This document shows, in pieces, positions 46,975 through 56,704 of a stretch of 64,000 nt of DNA. Source of the stretch: a virus; IMG/VR virus record IMGVR_UViG_3300022902_000006. The stretch is one strand, 5' to 3'. Positions within the stretch are counted from its first letter, which is position 1. Each line of letters begins with the position of its first letter. Under the pieces are notes generated by a model that saw only the letters and a list, made by a program, of their open reading frames with translations, made no database searches and was not told the origin of the DNA. The position numbers and the translations under genes are program-made.

Positions 46975-48093
46975 ATGGCCAGATATGACGAGCACGTACA
47001 AGAGAAACTGCGTGAGGTCCTAGCGGCCTACGCCCCCGGTATCCCTGCTCGTCGCACCTCCGCACTCCCCACCATCACCCAGAACACCACCAACCGTTGG
47101 GTCATGGCCATCCAGAACCACAAGGCGCAACGCGCCGGTAAGCACCACGACCTGCGCCTCGTTGACCCCGACGCAGGCAAGGCGCACTCCTGGGCCATCC
47201 CCAAGTCACGCATGCCAGCCCCGGGAGAGCGCCTCCTCGCTGTACAAACCCACACGCACACACCGCAATATGCGTTGCACGGCAAAGGGGAAGGCGTAAC
47301 CCTTGCTCGCAAGGAGCCAGTGAGTGTACTGGAGTCGTCTCCCGATAAACTGCGCTTTCAGCTTGAGGATGACGCTGTGAGTGAGTTCCTTTTACGGCGT
47401 AAATCCAAGGACAAGTGGCTCCTCATGAACACGACGAAGACGAGCGCCGTGCTCGGCCAGACCCACGCACTTCGCAGCCTGGGGCTCCTAGAAAAGGACG
47501 CCGCCTGGGGCGCAGCAGCAATGAAGGGGCTGGGCGCTGCGTGGAACTGGGGCAGTAAGATGTTGGGACGCGTTGGAGGTGGAGGAGCATCCAAGAGCAC
47601 CGCACTCGTCCCCCGCACTCCCGGTATGCCCCCTATGCCAGGACCAGCAGGTCCAGGACTAGGACAGAGATTTATGTCCTGGGCAGGGGCCAGTCCCGTG
47701 AATGCCTACGCCGCACAGGGTGGTATGGGCGCAGGCATCGGTGGCGTTGCTGGTGCTGCGTCCGCAGACCCCGGTAACCGCATGGGTGGGTTCATGCGCG
47801 GAGCAGTAGGAGGTGCTGCGCTGGGCCTGGGAGGCGCGCACTTCGGAGGCAAGGCAGGACTAAACTACGCGGCGGGCAAGGGATTCAACCTGAACCAAAC
47901 GCAGGGTGCCGTCGGTGCCATGGGGCTCGGTGGGCTCAGCGCAGGTGGACTCGCCGGGGGCATCGCCGGGGGTGCAGGTTTCGGAGGTGCGCCGCCACCA
48001 CCCGCTCCACCCATGAACCCAACGAACCGTAGCCCGTGGGGTGGGCAACAAAACGCCGGTGGTATGAGTGGCACGTTTCCTGGCAAGCCCTGA
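46975..48093 (+). CDS. LigD 3'-phosphoesterase-like domain fused to a Gly-rich hydrophobic region
   Basis: IQNHKA...HHDLRL...SWAIPK...LLAVQTHTH...Y matches the LigD PE pattern. Confidence 0.7.
   Translation: MARYDEHVQEKLREVLAAYAPGIPARRTSALPTITQNTTNRWVMAIQNHKAQRAGKHHDLRLVDPDAGKAHSWAIPKSRMPAPGERLLAVQTHTHTPQYALHGKGEGVTLARKEPVSVLESSPDKLRFQLEDDAVSEFLLRRKSKDKWLLMNTTKTSAVLGQTHALRSLGLLEKDAAWGAAAMKGLGAAWNWGSKMLGRVGGGGASKSTALVPRTPGMPPMPGPAGPGLGQRFMSWAGASPVNAYAAQGGMGAGIGGVAGAASADPGNRMGGFMRGAVGGAALGLGGAHFGGKAGLNYAAGKGFNLNQTQGAVGAMGLGGLSAGGLAGGIAGGAGFGGAPPPPAPPMNPTNRSPWGGQQNAGGMSGTFPGKP
47391..47403. repeat. TTTAC-N3-GTAAA palindrome
   Basis: TTTACGGCGTAAA. Confidence 0.85.
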
Positions 48094-48178
48094 TGACACT
48101 TGCACAAACAAAAACAGCCTTCTATCATGCGGGTAGACAGTCTGCTCTGCATGCAATAGGGATTACAGGAGAACGACA

Positions 48179-48850
48179 ATGAGATATTACGCACTCCGCG
48201 CCGCAGCTTTCTGCATCTGGGTTGCTGTTACCGGACTCACCATCGGCGCACCCCTGGTTTCCATCGCGGCTGACGCTCAACCCACTGCTGCGGTAGGCGA
48301 CGCCGCAGTTCCCGCCGCCCCGGCTGTGCCTGTTGATGCTATGGTTACCGCCGCGCCCGTGGCTCCTGTGGCTCCCGTCCCCACCGTTGAGGCGCCCGCC
48401 GCCCCGAAAGAGCAAGCCTGGTGGCAAGCCGCTCTCCTCCCGATCCTCAGCGCTCTGGGCCTGGGCATCGCTGCGTTCATTGGTGCGGGTCTACGCAAGC
48501 TCACCCAGCTCATGGAAGCCAAGTGGAAGATCGACATCCCCGATCGGATGGTGGATATGCTTATCAAAGAGGCAAAACACCTTGCGGCCTGGGCTGAGGA
48601 GGTCGCTGAGGATCGCCTCCTGAATGGGGACGGCGTGAAGACCCCGGGCGCTGAGAAGTTCTCCGGTGTCGTGGATGGTCTGGAGACCTTCGCCAAGGCC
48701 CGGGGCTGGGACAAGGAATGGCGTCGTGCACAGCTTGAGAAGCTGGCCACGAGCGTCGTGCACCTGGAGCGCAGCGGTGATACCGGCGTGGGCACCACGA
48801 ACGGCGACCGGAAGAAGGCCCTGGACGCGGCCAAGAGCGCTGCCGCATAG
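48179..48850 (+). CDS. Membrane protein, possibly holin-like (LL-H type)
   Basis: N-terminal signal/TM, PA-rich linker, second TM, then WAEE...GAEK pattern. Confidence 0.4.
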   Translation: MRYYALRAAAFCIWVAVTGLTIGAPLVSIAADAQPTAAVGDAAVPAAPAVPVDAMVTAAPVAPVAPVPTVEAPAAPKEQAWWQAALLPILSALGLGIAAFIGAGLRKLTQLMEAKWKIDIPDRMVDMLIKEAKHLAAWAEEVAEDRLLNGDGVKTPGAEKFSGVVDGLETFAKARGWDKEWRRAQLEKLATSVVHLERSGDTGVGTTNGDRKKALDAAKSAAA

Positions 48851-48852
48851 AT

Positions 48853-49146
48853 ATGGCGAGCACCGCATACAAACTGGGGTCTGACCAGGCGCTCCACTCT
48901 CTGGGGATCATCAAGGTGAGTGGGGACACCCTCGACCGTGTTCCCTTCCCCAACAGAGACTCCAACATCACAGCGGAGCGCCTGGCAAAAGTGCTGCAAC
49001 AAGATGAAACCCCACGCGTGGAGATCAGCCCCGACAACCAGAAGTTCGATCGCTGGTCACGGCCCGTTGTGTGGAGCGCGTCCCACCGAATAAGCGATGA
49101 GCTGCCCAACCCCGGGCTGTACACACCACACAGCACACGAGCCTAA
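48853..49146 (+). CDS. Small hypothetical protein with TAYKLG leader
   Basis: Leader resembles those of genes 46067 and 46505. Confidence 0.5.
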   Translation: MASTAYKLGSDQALHSLGIIKVSGDTLDRVPFPNRDSNITAERLAKVLQQDETPRVEISPDNQKFDRWSRPVVWSASHRISDELPNPGLYTPHSTRA

Positions 49147-49148
49147 CT

Positions 49149-50942
49149 TTGGCGCAGCAACGCACATCTGTCGGGCGTCTCCTGCTCAACGATGTCCTCC
49201 CTGAGCCTTATCAGCTACCCGAGGACGTTACGAAGAAGGTCCTCAATGCCACCATGGCTGACTTCGCGAGGACAGACCCCCAACGCTACGTCCAGGCCAT
49301 CGGGGACCTCAAAAGAATAGGGGACCAGGTTGCTACCGACATGGGGCTCACCGTAGGGCTGGATGATATCGAACCAGACTACGCCCGCCGTGACCGTGTT
49401 CTTGAGCCCGCTCTGCGCAGAGTCAAGGCACTGAGCGACCCTACTGCCAAGCGGCGCCTCATCATCAGTACCCAGGATAAGATGTTTGAAATGGCCCCCC
49501 AGCACCCTGGTCAGATGGCCATCGTTGCCACGAGTGGTGCACGGGGCAACGCGGGACAGCTCATGCGCACCGTCACATCCCCAACGGGAGTGACTGACGC
49601 ACAGGGTGCAGTGATCCCGTGGATGATTAGTAAGAGCTTCTCGGAGGGGTTGAAGCCTGCTGACACATGGATCGCCATGGCGGAAGCCAGGCGTAACGTG
49701 GTCGAATCCAACATCGCTGTCTCTGGCCCCGGTGAGATGAGCAAGATCCTGGTCAGTAATATGAGTGACCAGCTCGTCACGGTGCCTGACTGCGGAACAA
49801 CGAATGGGGTTTCATTCGCACATACCGACCCTCACATCGTTGGACGCTACGCTGCCAGCGGAGGGTTTCTGAGCGCCCACCACGTGTCTGGTTTACGGCG
49901 TAAAGAGCCCAAGGGGAGCATCATCGTACGATCCCCTATGACCTGTGAAGCGCCGAACGGCGTCTGCCAAAAGTGCTACGGACAAACGCCAACAGGTAAA
50001 GACCCCCAGATTGGGTACAACGTAGGAATGATCGCAGCCCAGGCTATGGGGGAGCCACTAACCCAGATGGCGCTGAGCGCAAAGCACGCAACGCGTACTG
50101 CCAAATCGCAACGTGCAGTCCTCCAGGGGTTGAGTGGCCTGAAGCAGCTCACCGAGATGCCACAGAGCTTTTTCAACCGCGCCACCTTGGCTCAAGAGCC
50201 GGGACGCGTAACCGCTGTCCGCGAAGCACCTCAAGGTGGACACTACGTCAACGTCAACGAACAAGAGCACTACGTACCCCCAAACCTGGACGTAACCGTC
50301 AAGCCTGGTCAGCGCATCGAACAAGGAGACGCGCTATCCGACGGCATCCCCAAACCCGATGAAGTGGTGCAGCACAAAGGTCTCGGAGCAGGGCGGCGCT
50401 ACATGGTGGACCAGCTCCACCAGATCTACACGCGTAATGGTCTCGACCTGGATAAGAGGCACCTGGAGCTGCTCGCCAAGACCGACCTGAACTACGTCAA
50501 GGTGTTGGACGCTGACAGCCCAGAACTGGGTGTAGCTCGCGGAGAAGTTGTGGATTACAACCGCTTCCGCGCAGCCGTCGCAAAGAAAGCGAAGAGGCGC
50601 CCCACCGCCCAAGCCCAGGGACAGTTCCTTGGAGACAACGTCCTGCATTACACCGCAGGCACCGAAGTTACCCCCAGTGTAATGGCAGACTTGGAGCGCA
50701 GTGGGGTGAAAAACGTACCCACACTCCCCCACGTACCCCAGCACGAACTCATCCTCAAGCCTATCAGCCGTACTCCCCTGTTACACTCGGACTGGTTGGC
50801 GCGGTTAGGCCACCGCAATTTGAAAGCATCCATCTTGGATGGCGCAACCTTTGGTGAATCATCTAATATACACGGCACGCATCCAGTCCCAGCGTTTGTC
50901 TTTGGCGAAACACTGGGGCGCGGGCCGCAAGGACGATACTAA
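49149..50942 (+). CDS. rpoC: RNA polymerase beta' C-terminal half
   Basis: SGARGN, SFSEGL, DCGT, VRSPMTC...CQKCYG, and trigger-loop region AAQAMGEPLTQMAL. Confidence 0.9.
   Translation: MAQQRTSVGRLLLNDVLPEPYQLPEDVTKKVLNATMADFARTDPQRYVQAIGDLKRIGDQVATDMGLTVGLDDIEPDYARRDRVLEPALRRVKALSDPTAKRRLIISTQDKMFEMAPQHPGQMAIVATSGARGNAGQLMRTVTSPTGVTDAQGAVIPWMISKSFSEGLKPADTWIAMAEARRNVVESNIAVSGPGEMSKILVSNMSDQLVTVPDCGTTNGVSFAHTDPHIVGRYAASGGFLSAHHVSGLRRKEPKGSIIVRSPMTCEAPNGVCQKCYGQTPTGKDPQIGYNVGMIAAQAMGEPLTQMALSAKHATRTAKSQRAVLQGLSGLKQLTEMPQSFFNRATLAQEPGRVTAVREAPQGGHYVNVNEQEHYVPPNLDVTVKPGQRIEQGDALSDGIPKPDEVVQHKGLGAGRRYMVDQLHQIYTRNGLDLDKRHLELLAKTDLNYVKVLDADSPELGVARGEVVDYNRFRAAVAKKAKRRPTAQAQGQFLGDNVLHYTAGTEVTPSVMADLERSGVKNVPTLPHVPQHELILKPISRTPLLHSDWLARLGHRNLKASILDGATFGESSNIHGTHPVPAFVFGETLGRGPQGRY
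49892..49904. repeat. TTTAC-N3-GTAAA palindrome
   Basis: TTTACGGCGTAAA. Confidence 0.85.
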
Positions 50943-50977
50943 CCCCCAAATCGAACACTTGGAAAAGACAAGTGCTT

Positions 50978-50989
50978 GACCTATACTTG
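50978..50989 (+). promoter_or_regulatory. Promoter-like motif GACCTATACTTG
   Basis: Exact copy of 46029-46040. Confidence 0.6.
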
Positions 50990-51046
50990 TGGTGATTTTA
51001 CGCAGACTCACGCCGAAGAGAGTCACCCGGACGGAGGACAGAACCA

Positions 51047-52453
51047 ATGCAAGCATCGCTCTTCAAACGTTCCAGTGTACGAGGCATCAACGATGCCCTC
51101 ATCAACGCCGGGCTACAGTACCCATCCAAGACCGCAGCCGACGAGGTAGCGGACGCGGTGGCTGATGAGATGATGGTGACCGAGCCCGCGATGGAAGGGG
51201 CCGAGGGAGAAATCCCCGCTGAGGAAGCCGCTGAAATCGCCACCAAGCTGGTGGAAGTGGCCAACGAGCTGATGGCCAGCACGCAGCCCGCACCCGACGC
51301 ACCCGAGGAAGAGCGCATCGCCGCCTACCACGGCGTCATGGGGAGCAAGACCGCCGCAGCCCGGGACGTCAACACCCGCGCCGGGGAGCAATCCTACGCC
51401 TGCATGCAGAAGGCAGCGGAGGAAGCCGACACCAACGTGTCCGGCGCAGGCGGCACCGGGTCCACCATCGGTGTGGGCGCGGCAGCGCCCGAGAACACCC
51501 TGCCCAACGCCACCTTCGCAGAGACGCAGATGGAAGCGTCCCAGCGTCCCCCAGGCACCCACGAGGTTGGGGTGGGCAACACCGAGCAAGCACACGCTGG
51601 TGTCGTGGGTTCGGAGGATGTCGGCGCAGACACCCCGGCACCGCACACCACCGCTGGTGGCGCAGGAACCAACTCGGTGATTGAGCACTCGGAGAAGAAC
51701 AGCACCCTCCGTCAGATCATCCAGAAGGTGGCCGCAGGGTCGAACATCGAGGGCGGCGACAAGCCCGAGAACACCCTGCCCAACGCCCCCGCCGCCGAGA
51801 CCCAGATGGAGAACTCCCAGCGCCCGCCAGGGTACGCTGCACTCCCGCAGCTCGGTGGTACCGTCACCGACATCGGCACCTCCCCCGCCGCAACCGTGGG
51901 CACCGAGCAGCCCGTCGACGCCGGTCCCCAGAACACCCCAGCAGGCGCGGTCCCCGGAAGTGCGGGCAACTCCGTGGTCGAGCACTCGGAGACCTCGATG
52001 CCAGGCAAGACTGCAGGCGTCGACCCCGCGTACCTCCATCTCTTCCAGAAGACCGCCAACCACGTGGTCGACTTCCTGCCCAGCCAGTACACCGAGAACG
52101 ACAAGGTGGCGCAGGTCCGCTACATGATGGGCCTGAATGACGGCGAACGCTCCGCGCACATCTCCTCCCTGCACAAGCACGCCGGGACCATGGACGCACA
52201 GAGCATCGTCGACATGTACAGCATCTACGCCGACAAGGTGGCCGAGGAAGAGGCCGCTGCTGCCGGTGCACCACCCCCGGCCCCGAAAGCGGAGAAGGGC
52301 GACTGGATGGACCGCATGTCCAAGACCACGGACGGCGCGTACGACTGGGCCAACGCCAAGGCCCACGACGTCAAGACGTGGGTGCAAAAGAAACTCAAGA
52401 AGGACCCGAAGCCCGCAAAGCCCGCAGCACCGGCGGCAGCACCGGCGAAGTAG
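51047..52453 (+). CDS. Acidic head protein with internal duplication and multiple K-x-A sites
   Basis: Two PENTLPNA..AETQME.SQRPPG...NSV.EHSE repeats; KTA, KAA and KVA motifs; strong GC3 bias. Confidence 0.65.
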   Translation: MQASLFKRSSVRGINDALINAGLQYPSKTAADEVADAVADEMMVTEPAMEGAEGEIPAEEAAEIATKLVEVANELMASTQPAPDAPEEERIAAYHGVMGSKTAAARDVNTRAGEQSYACMQKAAEEADTNVSGAGGTGSTIGVGAAAPENTLPNATFAETQMEASQRPPGTHEVGVGNTEQAHAGVVGSEDVGADTPAPHTTAGGAGTNSVIEHSEKNSTLRQIIQKVAAGSNIEGGDKPENTLPNAPAAETQMENSQRPPGYAALPQLGGTVTDIGTSPAATVGTEQPVDAGPQNTPAGAVPGSAGNSVVEHSETSMPGKTAGVDPAYLHLFQKTANHVVDFLPSQYTENDKVAQVRYMMGLNDGERSAHISSLHKHAGTMDAQSIVDMYSIYADKVAEEEAAAAGAPPPAPKAEKGDWMDRMSKTTDGAYDWANAKAHDVKTWVQKKLKKDPKPAKPAAPAAAPAK

Positions 52454-52522
52454 CTTCGGTTTCGCCCGGTAGAGACAGCCCGTGGCGCACTCACACTGGG
52501 CTCATCAGTATGGGGTAGCGCT

Positions 52523-52768
52523 ATGGCTTTCGATTTCACAGACGACATCTTCAAACTCGCCGAAGTCCTGATTGAGGACCAGCTCGCCTCTCGCGCTGAG
52601 CAACCCCAAGCACAAGGGCAAGAACCAGCCGACCTGGGTGTCCCCACTCAGGGCCGATCCGTCCTCAATTTACTGGGTAAAACGACCGCCACCACGACCG
52701 AACCCGCCCCGAAGATTCTGCACGTGGACTCGGGCAAGCGACAAGTGTCCACGCCGACGAACGAATGA
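52523..52768 (+). CDS. Small hypothetical protein
   Basis: 81-aa ORF coupled (ATGA) to the next gene. Confidence 0.5.
   Translation: MAFDFTDDIFKLAEVLIEDQLASRAEQPQAQGQEPADLGVPTQGRSVLNLLGKTTATTTEPAPKILHVDSGKRQVSTPTNE
52669..52681. repeat. TTTAC-N3-GTAAA palindrome
   Basis: TTTACTGGGTAAA. Confidence 0.8.
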
Positions 52769-53364
52769 TCCTCCGCGACCTCACACAGGCCAAGGGGCTG
52801 AGCGAGCTACTCGCCGCCACGGGAGGAACGGACAGCTTCTTCAATTACCCAGAGCGTATTGATGGTGTACGCAACGTCGCCCAACAAGCGATAGCCAGCT
52901 CTCCTGCCATGGCAAATACGCAGGTGCGCATCATGCCAAACATCGCCAATGCGTACTACGACTACGAGAACAACGAAATCCTGCTCGGCCTCGTTAACCC
53001 CGACGCACTCGCGCACGAACTGGGGCACGCGGAGAACCTAAAGCAGAAGGGGTTGTACACCAAGATATTGCGTGTGGCGCAAGGTGTCGCTAAAATCAAC
53101 AATATTGCAGCGGTACCTGTGATGTTGGGACTGAGAACCATGGTCAAAGACGAAGATACCCGAAACGACATACTCAGCGCACTGTCAGCCGTGTCATCCG
53201 CTGTCGCCGCTCCCCTGTTGTTGGAGGAGGCGTCAGCCAGCTACCAAGCACTACACAACGCACCTGATAAACTCCAAGCCCTGAAGACATTAGCACCTGC
53301 CTTCCTGGCGCACGCAGGTATGAGCCTGGCTCCAGTTGGTATCTACCAAGCGGGGAAAATCTGA
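52765..53364 (+). CDS. Zincin-like metallopeptidase
   Basis: ALAHELGHA (HExxH) and downstream LLEEASAS. Confidence 0.6.
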   Translation: MILRDLTQAKGLSELLAATGGTDSFFNYPERIDGVRNVAQQAIASSPAMANTQVRIMPNIANAYYDYENNEILLGLVNPDALAHELGHAENLKQKGLYTKILRVAQGVAKINNIAAVPVMLGLRTMVKDEDTRNDILSALSAVSSAVAAPLLLEEASASYQALHNAPDKLQALKTLAPAFLAHAGMSLAPVGIYQAGKI

Positions 53365-55970
53365 TGGAACGAACTGCACAAATGTCCCCACGGACCCAAG
53401 CCTTCATCGACGGACTTCCTTCAGGTGACGAAGCGGAGAAGCTCTTCGAAGAGGGGTTCAACCAGCTCGCCTACAACGTGATGATCAGCAAGTTCCCTGA
53501 CCTCACACAAAGCATCGTCACCTTCAAGGTTCTGGAGACAGACCTCGATGCAGGCGCCGCCGTTGGGTCCTTCGTCGTGCAGTACGGCCAGGAGAATCTG
53601 TACATCCCCGTCGTGATGGCCGACAACCAGATCAAGCCACTGGACATGTTCTACCACAAGAAGCTGAACGTGTTCCTCCCGCTCACCAACGACTGGTTGG
53701 ACGAGGTACGACAACTCACCATCGACGAGATGGGTGAGGGGGTACAGCGCCCACCGACCCTGCAGCACAACGTGGACACGCGCAACACCGTCATCCCTCC
53801 CTCGCAGCATGGGAGGCACGTCTACGCAAGCGCGCAGATCACTGATGCTGATATCGACGTAGACCTACGCCGCATGATCGTGAAGTGCGCCGACGCCCCT
53901 CACAACATCCCAGCCATGCTCCCCGCAGTGCTCGCGCACGCACCCAAGGTGTACAGTGACGCCTTCGTGGGTGTCATCCAGTCCCGCACCAAGATCGCTG
54001 CACACCTCGGCGTGTTCTATGACCTGGACACGCTATACGCCAGTCTGGAGGCAGAGAAGACCGCTGCCGCTGACACGCACAGCGGAGGTGCACTGAACGT
54101 AGTGTCGCGTACCGACGGCGCCGACCGCTTCAAGGACGTGTTTGGCAAGAACGCTCCCGCTGCATTTCAAGGAGCGCTCGCCAAGGGCTACGCCGCCAAG
54201 GACACACGCACCAACCTGAACAGCGCGGTGCAGATCCAAGAACCTCAACACCTGGTCACCCCCGAGGAGTCCGGCTTCTACCGTGTGTTCACCACGGATG
54301 GCACCGCGATCCCCGCCTTCGTGCTGCACAACCCCCGGAGTGTCACGAAGAGCTGGTCCCGGAGCCCCACCTCCCGCCCCAGCAAAATCCACCCCAGCAA
54401 AAACTACATCGTGGTTCTCAACGGGGGTCGCTGGCTGGACACCGACACCCTGGTGGGTGAGCGTCTGGTGAACGCGGAAGACCTGCGTGGCCTCGACGTC
54501 TTCCACAAGCTGACCACTGAGAAGGGTGGCGACACGCCTGGTGTAGACAAGCGTGGTTTCTTCGTTCTCAAAACCGGAACGGGGTTCATTGGCACCGGCG
54601 TGTTTGGTGTGCGGCGCTCCACCACCTCGAAACAGATCAAGCGGCTGGTCTGTGATGACCACCAAAGCACCACCCTCATCATCGACCCCAAGGTGACCAA
54701 GGGTACGCTGCACCGCCCTGACAGCGCAGCCCTGATGTACATCCCAGCCATGGCACGCTTCATCAAGCTGCAGGACAAAGCAGCCGACTCCTGGGAGCAC
54801 CGTGAGAAGGGTGACCGACTCTCCCTGCTCTCCACCAAGGAAGATGTGATGCGGTGGTTCCAGGGCAACATGAGTACCCTGGGTGCCAGCTCCATTTCCG
54901 TGAAGGACGCATCTGCCGGACAGTTCTCTTTCAACGGTTCCATGGGTGTGGGTCCCGCGCCCTCCGCGATGAAGCACGCAGCGCTCACGTACCACATCCC
55001 GTTCCCCGTGGCTGAAGCTCTCGTGAAGACTGCTGCAGAAGTGGGCCGCGCTGTCTGCTGGGTCATGCCGCGTGCCGCACTGCAGAAGTTGGCACAGGGT
55101 CCCATGATGGACCCAGCGATGGCGGGTGGTGCAGGTGGAGCACCCCCGATGGACCCGGCGATGGCAGGCGGCGGCGCAGGTGGAGCACCCCCGATGGACC
55201 CGGCCATGATGGGCGGCATGATGCCTCCCCCAGGACCACCAGCTCCTCCCGTGACTCCCTCCCCGCTGGACATCGCGGTGGGTGAATCGCAGGCGCAGAT
55301 CAACCAGCAGAACGCTGACCTGCAACAGCAGCAAATGGCCCTGATGGATAAGGCCCAGACCATCCAGATGATCCAGATGCGCGCCCAGGAAATCGCTGGC
55401 GGTGGTGCTGAAGCCGTACAGGCCGGTGCGCCCCCGATGCCTCCACCCGGACAGCCCCTTCCTCCTGGCCCCGAAGCAGGTGGCCCCGCAGGTATGGCTC
55501 CCCCGATGGGCGGCGCTCCCCCGATGGGCGGCGCTCCCCCGATGGGCGGCGGCATGGACCCCAGCATGGGCGGCGCTCCCCCACAGGGCGGGGGCAGTGG
55601 TGGTGCTTTCATGCGCACCGAAGCACCAACTTCCATGGAGGTGCAGCAGCAGGTCAACCCCCAGTTCCTGGAACAGGCAGCAGCACTTCAAGACTCTGGG
55701 ACGTTCGATGCTGCCACCCTGGCGAGTATGGCGCGTAACCCCAGCTTCCGTGAGCTGGTCATCGACTACGTTCCGACGCTGGAGCGCGCGCTGGACAACC
55801 TGGGGCGATCTCTGCTCACCATGTGGATGCAGGAGAGTGAGCTGAAGCAGCAGCTCGGTGACGAAGACTACAGCGAACTGGAAGACAACGTCCGCTCTGT
55901 GTTCGAAGGGCTGGGCAAACTGATCCTCCAAATGAACCGCAACGCAACGGTGGTGGACCCACAAGTGTAA
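53364..55970 (+). CDS. Large putative head protein with a Pro/Gly/Met-rich repeat region
   Basis: 868 aa; EKTAA, VKTAA and QKLA sites; PPMDPAM and MGGAPP repeats. Confidence 0.65.
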   Translation: MERTAQMSPRTQAFIDGLPSGDEAEKLFEEGFNQLAYNVMISKFPDLTQSIVTFKVLETDLDAGAAVGSFVVQYGQENLYIPVVMADNQIKPLDMFYHKKLNVFLPLTNDWLDEVRQLTIDEMGEGVQRPPTLQHNVDTRNTVIPPSQHGRHVYASAQITDADIDVDLRRMIVKCADAPHNIPAMLPAVLAHAPKVYSDAFVGVIQSRTKIAAHLGVFYDLDTLYASLEAEKTAAADTHSGGALNVVSRTDGADRFKDVFGKNAPAAFQGALAKGYAAKDTRTNLNSAVQIQEPQHLVTPEESGFYRVFTTDGTAIPAFVLHNPRSVTKSWSRSPTSRPSKIHPSKNYIVVLNGGRWLDTDTLVGERLVNAEDLRGLDVFHKLTTEKGGDTPGVDKRGFFVLKTGTGFIGTGVFGVRRSTTSKQIKRLVCDDHQSTTLIIDPKVTKGTLHRPDSAALMYIPAMARFIKLQDKAADSWEHREKGDRLSLLSTKEDVMRWFQGNMSTLGASSISVKDASAGQFSFNGSMGVGPAPSAMKHAALTYHIPFPVAEALVKTAAEVGRAVCWVMPRAALQKLAQGPMMDPAMAGGAGGAPPMDPAMAGGGAGGAPPMDPAMMGGMMPPPGPPAPPVTPSPLDIAVGESQAQINQQNADLQQQQMALMDKAQTIQMIQMRAQEIAGGGAEAVQAGAPPMPPPGQPLPPGPEAGGPAGMAPPMGGAPPMGGAPPMGGGMDPSMGGAPPQGGGSGGAFMRTEAPTSMEVQQQVNPQFLEQAAALQDSGTFDAATLASMARNPSFRELVIDYVPTLERALDNLGRSLLTMWMQESELKQQLGDEDYSELEDNVRSVFEGLGKLILQMNRNATVVDPQV
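55499..55551 (+). repeat. 18-nt coding tandem repeat (MGGAPP x3)
   Basis: (TCCCCCGATGGGCGGCGC)x~3. Confidence 0.8.
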
Positions 55971-56695
55971 TGGACGTATTCGACCCCCGAAACCTGGACC
56001 CGCACCACCGCATCAACGACGCGGTGCGGTACGCAGAGTCTCCCGACGAGGACATCCCCAATGACCTCGACAACCAGACGCTTGCGCTCATCTACGGTTT
56101 ACGCGGTAAACCACCCACGGTTGATCTGTACCACGCACTGCGTAAATACCAGAACCCCTTCTCCAGAAACGTCCTGACAGGATTCCTACTCGCGGAAGCG
56201 AAGGAAGAACTGATCACCAAAACCACGGGCATGGCTGCAGGGGTGCTCACTGCCTACGTCACCTACATCTTTGATAACTCCATTTTCTCCGACAAGATGG
56301 ACCGCTTCAGCTATGCACACGCGGTACGCAACTTCGTATCTGCGGAACACGCTGCATTCCTGGAGGCGGCTGTAACCCACGGCCCAGAGTACCTCGTATG
56401 GATGCTCAATGGAGACCCCAGCCACACCCCCAAGGACATCATGGCCTCCGTCATGGTAGACGCGCTGTATCGTGGTCGCGCACACCGTAACGCGGCCATC
56501 ACGTCACCCGCTGCAAAGGAAGCTCGCGCCTGGTTGTCCCTGGCGGGGTCTACCGCGACCAACGCGCATAGGCTAGACCCGAGTGGTGACGCAGACGACG
56601 CCCTGCGCGACCTTAAATTAGCGCTGTCCTACGAGGACGAAACCACCAACGAAGAAACCCCCGGGGCACCTGCGCCCGGTGATATACTGCATTAG
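55970..56695 (+). CDS. Hypothetical protein
   Basis: TAATG coupling to the upstream gene. Confidence 0.6.
   Translation: MDVFDPRNLDPHHRINDAVRYAESPDEDIPNDLDNQTLALIYGLRGKPPTVDLYHALRKYQNPFSRNVLTGFLLAEAKEELITKTTGMAAGVLTAYVTYIFDNSIFSDKMDRFSYAHAVRNFVSAEHAAFLEAAVTHGPEYLVWMLNGDPSHTPKDIMASVMVDALYRGRAHRNAAITSPAAKEARAWLSLAGSTATNAHRLDPSGDADDALRDLKLALSYEDETTNEETPGAPAPGDILH
56098..56110. repeat. TTTAC-N3-GTAAA palindrome
   Basis: TTTACGCGGTAAA. Confidence 0.85.
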
Positions 56696-56704
56696 GAGCG
56701 CACC

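Noticed and set aside
51113-55964. Long antisense ORFs (e.g. 51113-52387, 54033-55964; similarly 39454-40779 and 31483-32955)
   Set aside because: They are shadows of GC3-biased genes on the opposite strand, with no recognisable motifs or SD support.
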